Source of the DNA: an uncultured delta proteobacterium
GTDB lineage: Bacteria; Desulfobacterota; Desulfobacteria; Desulfobacterales; UBA2156
Assembly (NCBI GenBank): GCA_963736855.1
Contig: CAVTQK010000015.1
Span: 352,001 to 416,000 of the forward strand
DNA: 64,000 nucleotides
Direction: 5' to 3'
Shown here piece after piece: positions 20,189 to 29,113 of the stretch. Below the pieces are notes generated by a model that was not told where the DNA came from, did no database searches, and saw only the letters and a list, made by a program, of their open reading frames with translations. Positions within the stretch are counted from its first letter, which is position 1. Each line of letters opens with the position of its first letter. The translations under genes and the position numbers were made by a program.

Positions 20189-21367
20189 ATGGAAGAATGC
20201 CAGACGGCGATCAACACAGGTCTTAGGGGAATCCCGATCGCCAGCACCCGCATCAGCGACGTGGACGGAAAGGCGGGACGCCTCATTTACCGAGGTTATT
20301 TGGTACAAGATTTGGCCCAATCCGCCACCTTTGAAGAAACGATCCACCTTTTACTTTACGAAAAGCTTCCGGACAAGTCGCAGCTTGCCCGGCTTTACAA
20401 AGATCTTTCCCAAAATCGATACCTTGCTCCGGAATTGATCTTGGCATTGAAAACGCGTCCCAAGAATGCGCTTCCCATGGATATCCTTCAGGCCGCTATC
20501 CCGATGCTGGCGAATCACGATCCGGATATCGGCAACACTTCCAGAGCGGCTTTCATCCGAATGGCCATCCGTCTGATTGCCAAGCTTCCCGTTGTGGTTG
20601 CGCTTTGGGATCGCATTCGAAAAGATCAGCCTCCCATCGATCCGGATCCCGAACAGGGAATCGCCTTCAATTTTTTATATATGCTCACCGGAAAGGTTCC
20701 GGATGCCGAAGTCGTGCGGTTTTTTGATATCGCGCTGATTTTGCATGCGGAGCATTCCTTCAATGCCTCCACCTTTGCCGCCCGGGAAGTCGCCTCGACG
20801 CGGGCTCACATGTATGCCGCGGTGGCGGCCGCCGTAGGGTCCCTTTCCGGCGAACTTCACGGCGGTGCCAATGCCCGGGTCATGGAAATGCTCAAACAAA
20901 TCGGAACCATCGATGCCATCGAAGGCTTCGTCCAAGAAGTGTTGAATTCCGGTGGTCTCATCATGGGGCTTGGTCACGCGGTGTATAAGACCGATGATCC
21001 CAGGGCTCATATCCTCGCCCCCATGTCCAGAACCATGGGAGAGCGAACCGGCGAAATTAGTTGGTATAACATATCCAAAAAACTTGAAGAAGTAGGAAAA
21101 GCGGCTTTTTTAAAACGCAAAGGTAAAGAAATCTATGTGAACGTCGACTTTTATAGTGCCTCTCTTTATTATGCTATGGGAATTCCCATCGACCTGTTCA
21201 CTCCAGTTTTCGCCATCGCCCGAATCGCAGGCTGGACCGCCCACATCATAGAAGAGCATTTCGGGGATGCAGCAGGAAAACCGGTGCTCTATCGACCGGA
21301 GTCCAAATATATCGGTGAATACTGCGGACCCGATGAGTGCGCTTACATCCCAATCCAGCAGCGCTGA
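20189..21367 (+). CDS. gltA: Citrate (or 2-methylcitrate) synthase
   Basis: LHAEHSFNASTF, LHGGAN, MGLGHAVYKTDDPR and NVDFYS. Confidence 0.88.
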   Translation: MEECQTAINTGLRGIPIASTRISDVDGKAGRLIYRGYLVQDLAQSATFEETIHLLLYEKLPDKSQLARLYKDLSQNRYLAPELILALKTRPKNALPMDILQAAIPMLANHDPDIGNTSRAAFIRMAIRLIAKLPVVVALWDRIRKDQPPIDPDPEQGIAFNFLYMLTGKVPDAEVVRFFDIALILHAEHSFNASTFAAREVASTRAHMYAAVAAAVGSLSGELHGGANARVMEMLKQIGTIDAIEGFVQEVLNSGGLIMGLGHAVYKTDDPRAHILAPMSRTMGERTGEISWYNISKKLEEVGKAAFLKRKGKEIYVNVDFYSASLYYAMGIPIDLFTPVFAIARIAGWTAHIIEEHFGDAAGKPVLYRPESKYIGEYCGPDECAYIPIQQR

Positions 21368-21398
21368 GATTGAGTGCATTCCGTTTCAGCGTTTTAAC

Positions 21399-21439
21399 TT
21401 GACCAGGTCAAATATATAGTGGTAGGAATTATTCTTGAA
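21399..21439 (+). promoter_or_regulatory. Promoter/operator of the fur-family gene: TTGACC-A-GGTCAA palindrome and PerR-like GGTAGGAATTATTCTTGAA box
   Basis: Both palindromes are directly visible; autoregulation is an inference. Confidence 0.45.
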
Positions 21440-21480
21440 ATAGAAATCGAAAAAATCGCTCATTTCATGGATACAGCCGG

Positions 21481-21978
21481 TTGAACGCACCGTTGATAAA
21501 AGGTAATTTCCCTCCGGGTTTGGAAAATAGGTTATTTCCAGAGGCATCCAAACCGAAGATCCGAATGACCCGTCAACGACAGGTTATTTTGGATGAACTC
21601 AGGAAGATGAATTCGCACCCCAGCGCCGATGAGCTTTACGTTTGTGTGCGAAAACGACTTCCTCGCATCAGTCTGGGGACGGTGTATCGGAATCTCGAAA
21701 TTCTTTCTGAAATGGGTCGGATCCAGAAACTGGAAACAGGGGGAAGCATCAAGCGCTTCGATTGGAACCCGTGCAAACATTATCATATTCGATGTGTCGC
21801 CTGCGGCCGCATCGATGACGCCCCTATTGCCCCGTTAAATCAAATTGAAAACGAGCTTTATGGCTCAACAGTCTTTACCATCATGGGTCATCGTCTCGAA
21901 TTTACGGGGCTCTGTCCGGCATGCTCGAAAAAAAACCTTTCCTCATCGACATCAGTTGGATTTCAGGATCTCCATTAA
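21481..21978 (+). CDS. Fur-family transcriptional regulator (PerR-like by context)
   Basis: RMTRQRQVIL, HPSADELY, SLGTVYRNL, HYHIRCVACG and GLCPAC. Confidence 0.92.
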   Translation: MNAPLIKGNFPPGLENRLFPEASKPKIRMTRQRQVILDELRKMNSHPSADELYVCVRKRLPRISLGTVYRNLEILSEMGRIQKLETGGSIKRFDWNPCKHYHIRCVACGRIDDAPIAPLNQIENELYGSTVFTIMGHRLEFTGLCPACSKKNLSSSTSVGFQDLH

Positions 21979-22326
21979 CCACCTTTTCACCTCGTCCGTG
22001 AGGGAGTAAACACCCCGGTTCCATCCGATTGTTTCCATGAACCGATCCCCAACCGGCTTGGGCATCCGGATTTTAGCAAGCTCTTTTGCCTCTTCGGAAT
22101 TTCTTCGGATGAGATAGATTACCGGCTCAGCCTCCCATGTGTTAATGACGAAATAGAAACTGACATCTTGCTTGGAGCGGATCACGTAATTTCCCCGAGC
22201 CCAGTTATTTCCCCACTCCAGATAGAGCCTGACTGCATCTTCATGGGTCATGTTCCAGTCGATGGCATTAACCAGGGTTACATCCTTTGCGATATCTTCC
22301 AGTTGCATCATCATTTGATCTCCCAT
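21952..22326 (-). CDS. DVU0772-family protein
   Basis: IDWNMTHEDAVRLYLEWGNNW...YFVINTW...LIRRNSEEAKELA pattern (recalled family signature). Confidence 0.75.
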   Translation of the reverse strand: MGDQMMMQLEDIAKDVTLVNAIDWNMTHEDAVRLYLEWGNNWARGNYVIRSKQDVSFYFVINTWEAEPVIYLIRRNSEEAKELAKIRMPKPVGDRFMETIGWNRGVYSLTDEVKRWLMEILKSN

Positions 22327-22361
22327 CTTTCAATGAATCCATTGGCTTTGGCAGTTAAGTA

Positions 22362-22377
22362 AGCAAATATAATGCCA
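22362..22377 (-). promoter_or_regulatory. Sigma54 (-24/-12) promoter for the DVU0772-family gene
   Basis: TGGCATTATATTTGCT (GG-N10-GC), about 35 bp upstream of the start codon. Confidence 0.7.
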
Positions 22378-22772
22378 TTAATTCTTTTTGTTTCTGTTCT
22401 AACCGTCCGGCATTTTGTTCTTAAATAAGCTGGATTTTGTTAAAAAAGTGTATCATGATACAAAAATGTCTTATTATAAATAGAACATATACATTATCAA
22501 ACGATTTCAAGGTCTTTTTAACGATTGAAAGTTATCGATGTCTTTTTCTGTCTCATAAATAGACATCGGATCATCGAAACGGAAAATTCAAAAACCTCAA
22601 GAGGATACGATTTTTTCCGAAAAAACCCGCTTTTCCATGGGAGTTACATTTCATTTTCAGGTGTCCCTTAACCATTTTTCTCAATCTTAATGGACAGATA
22701 ATAAAACCATGAATTCCGACAACCTGACCACCTGCCATATAAATGAGCGGTTTTAGCCCAGATCGGAAAATC

Positions 22773-22788
22773 TGGCACAAAAATTGTA
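22773..22788 (+). promoter_or_regulatory. Sigma54-like promoter upstream of the rubrerythrin cluster
   Basis: TGGCACAAAAATTGTA; the -12 element reads TTGT instead of TTGC. Confidence 0.5.
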
Positions 22789-22894
22789 TTAAACTTTATT
22801 ATGAAATATTTGGCAATCCGAAGTAATTCTCTTTTCCGGGCCTTTGAAGTGGCCAAAACTCTATTCTTTTCAATTTTTTGAGGACCATTTTGCT

Positions 22895-23107
22895 TTGAAA
22901 CGTTGCGACCATAATATCCAAGAGACGTTTCAGCTGGCGGACCGAATGCTCGATCTGGCCAATAAAGGGGATGCCGAGCGAGAGGATGTGGGGTGTGGGA
23001 TCCTCTATGGCGTTTTAAGAGATTCGGCCTATAAACTTAAAAAATTGGCCGAAAAGGAAAAACAGGCGCATATCCAAAAAGGTTGGTGGAAGCAAAGGAA
23101 TCGTTGA
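22895..23107 (+). CDS. Small hypothetical protein
   Basis: GAGGA RBS then TTG; LADRMLDLANKGDAEREDVGCGILYGVLRDSAYKLK; first gene of the cluster. Confidence 0.7.
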   Translation: MKRCDHNIQETFQLADRMLDLANKGDAEREDVGCGILYGVLRDSAYKLKKLAEKEKQAHIQKGWWKQRNR

Positions 23108-23150
23108 ATTTTTCAACCCCGATTATAAATCGTTCAAAGGAGGTTGTAGC

Positions 23151-23726
23151 GTGGCAAATCTGAAAGGAACCCAAACAGAAAAAAATCTCTTGACAGCCTT
23201 TGCGGGAGAATCCCAGGCAAGAAACCGATACACCTATTTTGCCGGTCAGGCCAGGAAAGACGGCTACATTCAGATAGCCGACATTTTTTCTGAAACCGCC
23301 GACCAAGAAAAGGAACACGCCAAGCACTTCTTCAAGTTTCTTGAAGGCGGCGAATTGGCCATTGCCGCGGCCTTCCCCGCCGGAACCATCGGGACCACTC
23401 TTGAAAACCTAAGAGCCGCTGCCGCAGGAGAACATCATGAACACACTGAAATGTATCCCGGTTTCGCCAAAACAGCCAGGAAAGAGGGGTTCGAGGCAAT
23501 CGCCTATGTTTTCGATGCGATATCCGTAGCGGAAAAACAGCACGAAAAACGATACATGGATCTCGCCAGAAACATCGAAGCCGGACGGGTTTTCAAGAGA
23601 GACAAACCGGTCACTTGGAGATGCCGGAATTGCGGGTATCTCCACCAGGGGAATGAGGCGCCGGGAATATGTCCGGCCTGCACCCATCCCCAGGCCCATT
23701 TTGAGCTTTTGGGTGAAAATTGGTAA
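23151..23726 (+). CDS. rbr: Rubrerythrin
   Basis: AFAGESQARNRY, EKEH and EKQH di-iron ligands; WRCRNCGY...CPACTHP. Confidence 0.97.
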   Translation: MANLKGTQTEKNLLTAFAGESQARNRYTYFAGQARKDGYIQIADIFSETADQEKEHAKHFFKFLEGGELAIAAAFPAGTIGTTLENLRAAAAGEHHEHTEMYPGFAKTARKEGFEAIAYVFDAISVAEKQHEKRYMDLARNIEAGRVFKRDKPVTWRCRNCGYLHQGNEAPGICPACTHPQAHFELLGENW

Positions 23727-23769
23727 TTTTATAAAGCAAGAATAACCAAAAAAAATTAAAGGAGGAATC

Positions 23770-24144
23770 ATGGCCAATCGACTCGAAATTTACAAATGTG
23801 ATATTTGCGGCAATATCGTCGAGGTGCTTCACGGCGGAAAGGGTGAACTCGTTTGCTGCGGCCAACCCATGAAGTTAATGGTCGAAAATACCGTCGATGC
23901 CGCCAAGGAAAAACACATTCCGGTGATCGAAAAGACGACCGGCGGTACAAAAGTGAAAGTGGGCAGCGTCCCTCATCCCATGGAAGAGAAACATTACATC
24001 GAATGGGTAGAGATCATCTCAGACGGCAAGGTCTATCGACAATTCCTCAAACCCGGCCAGGCCCCGGAGGCGGTTTTCAACGTTCAGGGAACTTCCATGA
24101 CGGCTCGGGAGTACTGTAATATTCATGGACTTTGGAAAGGATAA
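23770..24144 (+). CDS. dfx: Desulfoferrodoxin (superoxide reductase)
   Basis: YKCDICGN...[20 protein letters not shown] and YCNIHGLW. Confidence 0.97.
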   Translation: MANRLEIYKCDICGNIVEVLHGGKGELVCCGQPMKLMVENTVDAAKEKHIPVIEKTTGGTKVKVGSVPHPMEEKHYIEWVEIISDGKVYRQFLKPGQAPEAVFNVQGTSMTAREYCNIHGLWKG

Positions 24145-24149
24145 TCTTC

Positions 24150-24668
24150 ATGATTTCGGAAAAGATTGAATCCGCATTCAACGAACAAATTAATGCCGAG
24201 CTTTACAGCGCCTACCTGTACCTTTCCATGTCGGCGTATTTTAAATCCACCAATCTGGATGGATTTGCCAACTGGATGTACGTTCAGGCTCAGGAGGAGC
24301 TGATGCACGCCATGAAGTTTTATACTTTCATCCATCAACGCGGTGGTCGGGTGACCTTAGGACCGGTAGCAGCCCCACCCACCCATTGGGAGTCTCCTGA
24401 GGCTGTATTTAAAGAGGTTCTGGCCCATGAGCAAAAAGTCACAGGCCTGATTCACGGTTTGGTGGAGACCGCTCTACTCGAGCACGACCATGCCGGAAAT
24501 ATCTTCCTGCAATGGTTTGTGACGGAGCAGGTGGAAGAAGAAGAAAGCGCCAACTCCGTACTTCAGAAGTTGAAGTTTCTCGAGGGGGCAAAGGGCGGGC
24601 TTTTTATGATCGACCAGGAACTATCCCAGAGGACCTTCACCCCTCCGGGGGCGGAAGCCTCTACATAA
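24150..24668 (+). CDS. ftnA: Non-heme ferritin
   Basis: QINAELYSAYLYLSM, QEELMHA, HEQKVT and FLQWFVTEQVEEE. Confidence 0.95.
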   Translation: MISEKIESAFNEQINAELYSAYLYLSMSAYFKSTNLDGFANWMYVQAQEELMHAMKFYTFIHQRGGRVTLGPVAAPPTHWESPEAVFKEVLAHEQKVTGLIHGLVETALLEHDHAGNIFLQWFVTEQVEEEESANSVLQKLKFLEGAKGGLFMIDQELSQRTFTPPGAEAST

Positions 24669-24680
24669 AGTCACTGAATC

Positions 24681-24846
24681 GAGGCGGGACTCGCCAGGCC
24701 ATTCTTCATCGGTGCACTGCGAGTTCCGCTTTTAAAGCGTCTGAATAAAACCGCAGCGAATCTTCGGCGTGAGGATTTTCTAAGACCTCGCTAACCCACG
24801 GTCCCGCCACAGCGGGACAGGGAAGGTGCTCGCTATTGCGGTTCAG
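24681..24846. other. Highly structured intergenic element (hairpin followed by a multi-branched stem)
   Basis: GAGGCGGGACTCGC/GCGAGTTCCGCTTT; AACCGCA...TGCGGTT enclosing GAGG/CCTC and GTCCCGC-CACA-GCGGGAC hairpins. Confidence 0.5.
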
Positions 24847-24872
24847 CCGACGCCGTAAAGGAGGAAAATACC

Positions 24873-25037
24873 ATGAACAGCTGGAAATGTGGCAACTGCG
24901 GCTATACTTTTGAAGCCGAGAATCCCCCCAACGAATGTCCATCCTGCAAACAGATGTGTGAATTTTTGAACAATACATGTTATACACCCGATTGCGCGGC
25001 CCAAGGAATAGACCAGAGAATTGGAAAAAAGGAGTAG
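24873..25037 (+). CDS. Rubredoxin-like small protein, 54 aa (below the ORF-track cut-off)
   Basis: AAGGAGG RBS; MNSWKCGNCGYTFEAENPPNECPSCKQMCEFLNNTCYTPDCAAQGIDQRIGKKE. Confidence 0.88.
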   Translation: MNSWKCGNCGYTFEAENPPNECPSCKQMCEFLNNTCYTPDCAAQGIDQRIGKKE

Positions 25038-25042
25038 CCCGC

Positions 25043-25480
25043 ATGTCAAAAGCACTGATCGTTTATGTATCTCGGACAGGAGAGACCCATGAAATCGGGA
25101 ACCTCATTGCGGAAGGTCTGAGGATGTCCGGTATCGAAACCTCGGTTTTGGAGGCAAAAGCCATCCAAAAGGAATCGAATCTGGAAGGGTATGAAGCCCT
25201 AGTTCTTGGCTCGGCCACTTATCATGGAGACATGATGCAGGGTATGAAAACACTTCTGTTCATGGCTGAAAAGGCCAAACTCGAAGGAAAAGTCGGTGCC
25301 GCCTTCGGAGCATTTGGATGGAGCGGAGAGGCGCCCGATCGCATTTACGATACCATGCAACACATCTTTAAGATGAGAATGGTCGGCCAACCCCTGAGGC
25401 TGAAGTCAAGCCGATTACAAGGCGGAGTCAAGGCCGCCCAGGACTACGGAAAAGAGATCGCTAAAAAAATAGGAGCGTAG
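25043..25480 (+). CDS. Flavodoxin-domain protein
   Basis: IVYVSRTGETHEIG, LGSATYHG and AFGAFGWSGEA. Confidence 0.9.
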   Translation: MSKALIVYVSRTGETHEIGNLIAEGLRMSGIETSVLEAKAIQKESNLEGYEALVLGSATYHGDMMQGMKTLLFMAEKAKLEGKVGAAFGAFGWSGEAPDRIYDTMQHIFKMRMVGQPLRLKSSRLQGGVKAAQDYGKEIAKKIGA

Positions 25481-25541
25481 ATTTTAAGTTGGTTCTTATA
25501 TCAGTTGAACTCTTATCTTGAAACCTTACAAGGAGGAAGCA

Positions 25542-25727
25542 ATGACAACCCCCCAACATTGTCCCGGATTTCATGGATTTAAAAATCTCAAGTCATTTAC
25601 TTGTAAATGTCCAAAGTGCGGTAAGGAAAAAGAGATTTTTTCAGACGAATTTGATAAAAAACATGTCTGTTCCGGGTGTGGAAAGGAAATCGACTTCACC
25701 CAGTGCACGCTGATCGGCCAAGCCTAA
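25542..25727 (+). CDS. Small Cys-rich (zinc-ribbon-like) protein
   Basis: AAGGAGG RBS; HCPG...CKCPKCG...CSGCG...C. Confidence 0.75.
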   Translation: MTTPQHCPGFHGFKNLKSFTCKCPKCGKEKEIFSDEFDKKHVCSGCGKEIDFTQCTLIGQA

Positions 25728-25959
25728 GGTGTTCGGCGTATTGCCGTATCCCTTGAGGTCGGCCCAGGATCCTAACTCTTTTTAACATGGGATCCCTCGA
25801 ATCAATTTCGTCATCGGCGTTGGATTAGGGGGGAAACCATGAAAGGAAAGTTTTATTATAAAGATGCCCTTGCCGTTGAAAGGCAAAAGCTCTTTTTGGA
25901 AAATATTCACGGATGACCATATATCGGAGTTGGAAGCATATCCATGGATGCTTTTTAAA

Positions 25960-26313
25960 ATGCGCTCGATCAAACCATTGAGTCTGACGTTTCTTTTTTT
26001 TGCTTTGATTCTTGGTTCGGGATCGGCAGTCGATGCTGAGAATAAGGGAGCCAAAGAAATCTTGCTCAATGGCGGTACCAGCGGTCCTGTTCCTTTCCCC
26101 CATCAACGCCATCAAGAAATTATCGGAGATTGTATGGTCTGTCATAGCCTTTTCCCGCAGCAATCCAGAGCCATTGATGAACTTAAAAGGCAGGAAAAAT
26201 TGGCTAAAAAACAAGTGATGAACCAGTCGTGTACCCAATGCCATCGGGCAAAACAAGCGGCCGGCGAATCAAAATACGGCCCGATTACCTGTTCCCAGTG
26301 CCATCGAAAGTGA
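25960..26313 (+). CDS. Triheme class III (c7-like) periplasmic cytochrome c
   Basis: Signal peptide; VPFPHQRH; CMVCH, CTQCH and CSQCH. Confidence 0.88.
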   Translation: MRSIKPLSLTFLFFALILGSGSAVDAENKGAKEILLNGGTSGPVPFPHQRHQEIIGDCMVCHSLFPQQSRAIDELKRQEKLAKKQVMNQSCTQCHRAKQAAGESKYGPITCSQCHRK

Positions 26314-26320
26314 ATCGAAC

Positions 26321-27304
26321 ATGAGGATTCTCGGTATTCAAGGCAGCCCCCGGAAAAAAGGAAATACCCGGTTTTTACTCGATCTGTTTCTTGAGGAAGC
26401 CCGAAAATTAGGGGCAACCACCCAAGTCATTGACGTGGATAAACGGAATATCATGCCATGCAAGGAGTATACCGTTTGCGAGAAAAAAGGCTTCTGTCCA
26501 ATCGACGACGATATGAAAAAAGAGATTTACGCCCTTCTAAGAGAGGCGGAAATGGTCGTGCTGGCCACACCTATTTTCTTCTATAATACCACGGCTCAGC
26601 TCAAGGCCCTCATCGACCGGTGTCAGACCCTCTGGGCCCGTAAATACAAACTCAAGCTGATCGATCCGGGACAAAAATACCGAAAGGGATTCCTTTTGGC
26701 TTTGGGCGCTACCAAGGGGGCCAACCTTTTTGAGGGGGTCAAACTCACGACGAAATATTTCTTCGACGCCATCGGCTCCGGTTTCAACGGCAGCCTGACA
26801 TACTCCCGGATCGAGCATCTCGGGGATATGGAGAAGCATCCGACCGTTCATGAAGATGTTCAAAGAGAAGTTCAAAGTCTGCTATCCGGTATGACTGGCC
26901 GAAGACGGATCCTTTTTGCCTGCAAGGAAAACGCCTGCAGGAGCCAGATGGCCAGCGCCTTCACCCAATACCTGGCTGGAGACCAAATAGAGGTATTAAG
27001 CGCCGGGACTCAACCTGCGGAAATTCCCAACCCTATGATGATCGAAGCGATGCAGGAAAAGGGGATCGATATGGGCTTCCGAAAAACGAGGCGACTGAAC
27101 GAGGGAATTGATTCTTTAGAACCGGAAGTGATCATTACCATGGGGTGCGGTGAAGAATGCCCGTATATTCCGGGCGTAAAAATGGAAGACTGGGATCTTC
27201 CGGATCCGGCCGGTCAATCCATCGATTTCATGCGACAGGTCCGGGACGAGGTTGAAAAACGGGTGGTCGCGTTGATACAACAGGTATCCGACGGGATCCT
27301 TTAA
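26321..27304 (+). CDS. Fusion of a flavodoxin-like FMN reductase/iron-sulfur flavoprotein domain and an ArsC/LMW-PTP domain
   Basis: GSPRKKGNT...ATPIFF...QLKALIDR, followed by [13 protein letters not shown]...TMGCGEECP...DWDLPDP. Confidence 0.88.
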   Translation: MRILGIQGSPRKKGNTRFLLDLFLEEARKLGATTQVIDVDKRNIMPCKEYTVCEKKGFCPIDDDMKKEIYALLREAEMVVLATPIFFYNTTAQLKALIDRCQTLWARKYKLKLIDPGQKYRKGFLLALGATKGANLFEGVKLTTKYFFDAIGSGFNGSLTYSRIEHLGDMEKHPTVHEDVQREVQSLLSGMTGRRRILFACKENACRSQMASAFTQYLAGDQIEVLSAGTQPAEIPNPMMIEAMQEKGIDMGFRKTRRLNEGIDSLEPEVIITMGCGEECPYIPGVKMEDWDLPDPAGQSIDFMRQVRDEVEKRVVALIQQVSDGIL

Positions 27305-27336
27305 TAAATCCAATTGAAGGGAAAGGAGAGAAGGCA

Positions 27337-27498
27337 ATGGCTCGATACGTTTGCACCATTTGTGGCTATGTGTACGATCCGGCACAAGGCGATCCGGACA
27401 GCGGAATCAAACCCGGGACCAAGTTCGAGGATCTGCCTGATACTTGGGAATGCCCGGTCTGTGGGGCTTCCAAGAGCGACTTCGAGAAAGAGGAATAG
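27337..27498 (+). CDS. rub: Rubredoxin, 53 aa (below the ORF-track cut-off)
   Basis: [62 protein letters not shown]. Confidence 0.97.
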   Translation: MARYVCTICGYVYDPAQGDPDSGIKPGTKFEDLPDTWECPVCGASKSDFEKEE

Positions 27499-27577
27499 CC
27501 GTTTCAAAAAGCAAAGAATGCCCTTTTTGCCGCAAGGTTTGTGGCGCAAAAAGGGCATTCGATCATTTTGGAATGGC
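27498..27577. other. Long intergenic inverted repeat
   Basis: GAATGCCCTTTTTGC (27516-27530) pairs with GCAAAAAGGGCATTC (27546-27560), with an imperfect outer stem. Confidence 0.6.
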
Positions 27578-27623
27578 CGCCATTCCATTTCACTAATAAC
27601 CGCCTTAAAGTAAGGAAAGGACC

Positions 27624-28817
27624 ATGAAACCCATCGAAATCGCCAAAGATATCTATGACGTCGGCGTCACCGATTGGAATATCCGGGATTTTCACGGTTA
27701 TTCCACTTATCTGGGAACAACCTACAACGCTTTTCTGATATTAGACGAAAAGATTGTTCTCATCGACACCGTCAAAAAGGAATTCGCGGACCAATACCTG
27801 GATCACATTGCTCAGGTTATCGATCCGAAAAAAATCGATATCGTCATCAGCAATCACACGGAGATGGATCACTCCGGTTCCCTGCCCAGAGTCATGCACC
27901 GTATCGGGGAAGATAAACCGGTCATCTGCTCCAAGATGGGACTTAAAAATCTTTCCCTGCATTACCGTCAAAAGTTCAACTATAAAGACGTGGAAAACGG
28001 AGAAATGCTCTCCATCGGTAAGCGGACCCTGACCTTCCTGGAAACCCGGATGCTCCACTGGCCCGACAGCATGTTTACCTATATCAAAGAGGATGGGATC
28101 CTCATTTCCAGCGATGCCTTCGGGCAGCATTATGCCGGCTGGCAGAAATACGACGATCAGATCGGCGACGCCATTATGGCGCACGCCAAGAAATATTTTG
28201 CCAATATCCTGCTTCTTTACAGTCCCAAAATACTAAAGCTTGTCGAAACCGTCACCGAAGCGGGTTTGAATATCCGTATGATCTGCCCGGATCATGGCAT
28301 TATATGGAGGAAAGACCCCAAAAAGATCATCAACGCCTATGTCGAATGGAGTCAACAGATACCTCGAAAGAAGGCACTCGTGATCTATGATACCATGTGG
28401 CACAGCACCGAAAAGATGGCAGAAGCCATTGCCGATGGGCTGATCTCGGAAGGGATCGACACGACCGTCATGCATCTCCGGAAATGGCACCGAAGCGATA
28501 TCATGACCGAGGTTTTAGATGCCGGCGCGGTGATCGTAGGATCCCCCACCCTGAACAACGGACTGTTTCCCACAGTGGCCGATTTCTTGACCTATATGAA
28601 AGGGCTGAAACCCAAAAACAAGATTGCCGGCGCTTTCGGATCCTATGGCTGGAGCGGCGAATCGGTCAAGTTCATTCATCAGGAGCTTGAATCCATGAAG
28701 TTTAATGTCATGGAACCCGGAATGAGAATTCAGTATGCACCGGATCCTGAAGGAATCAAATCCTGCACCGAATTCGGGAAACAGATAGGTCAAAAGCTCA
28801 AAGCCACGACACCCTAA
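27624..28817 (+). CDS. fprA: Flavodiiron protein (FprA, rubredoxin:oxygen oxidoreductase type)
   Basis: NHTEMDHSG, LHWPDSM, SDAFGQH, PDHG; C-terminal flavodoxin domain. Confidence 0.95.
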   Translation: MKPIEIAKDIYDVGVTDWNIRDFHGYSTYLGTTYNAFLILDEKIVLIDTVKKEFADQYLDHIAQVIDPKKIDIVISNHTEMDHSGSLPRVMHRIGEDKPVICSKMGLKNLSLHYRQKFNYKDVENGEMLSIGKRTLTFLETRMLHWPDSMFTYIKEDGILISSDAFGQHYAGWQKYDDQIGDAIMAHAKKYFANILLLYSPKILKLVETVTEAGLNIRMICPDHGIIWRKDPKKIINAYVEWSQQIPRKKALVIYDTMWHSTEKMAEAIADGLISEGIDTTVMHLRKWHRSDIMTEVLDAGAVIVGSPTLNNGLFPTVADFLTYMKGLKPKNKIAGAFGSYGWSGESVKFIHQELESMKFNVMEPGMRIQYAPDPEGIKSCTEFGKQIGQKLKATTP

Positions 28818-28853
28818 AGAGATATTCCAGGAAAAGTACATAAGCAGGCCGGC

Positions 28854-29045
28854 ATGAAGATTCCCGTCGTCGAGCTGAGCGAATGCATTCTCTGTGGCGT
28901 CTGCGTAGACGTCTGCCCGGAGGTCTTTTTACACAACCCGGCGGATTACATCGAGGTGGCCTCTATGAAATATTACCCAGAGGAAGAGGTGAACGAGGCC
29001 ATCAAGAATTGCCCTGCCCGATGCATTTTTTGGGACAAGGAATAA
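28854..29045 (+). CDS. Monocluster 4Fe-4S ferredoxin
   Basis: CILCGVCVDVCP...NCPARCI. Confidence 0.88.
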   Translation: MKIPVVELSECILCGVCVDVCPEVFLHNPADYIEVASMKYYPEEEVNEAIKNCPARCIFWDKE

Positions 29046-29113
29046 CGAGACGGCATGTCGGAACCAACCCAAGGATGTGTCTTTCACGGAAAAAATTCAG
29101 GCACTAGGCGATC

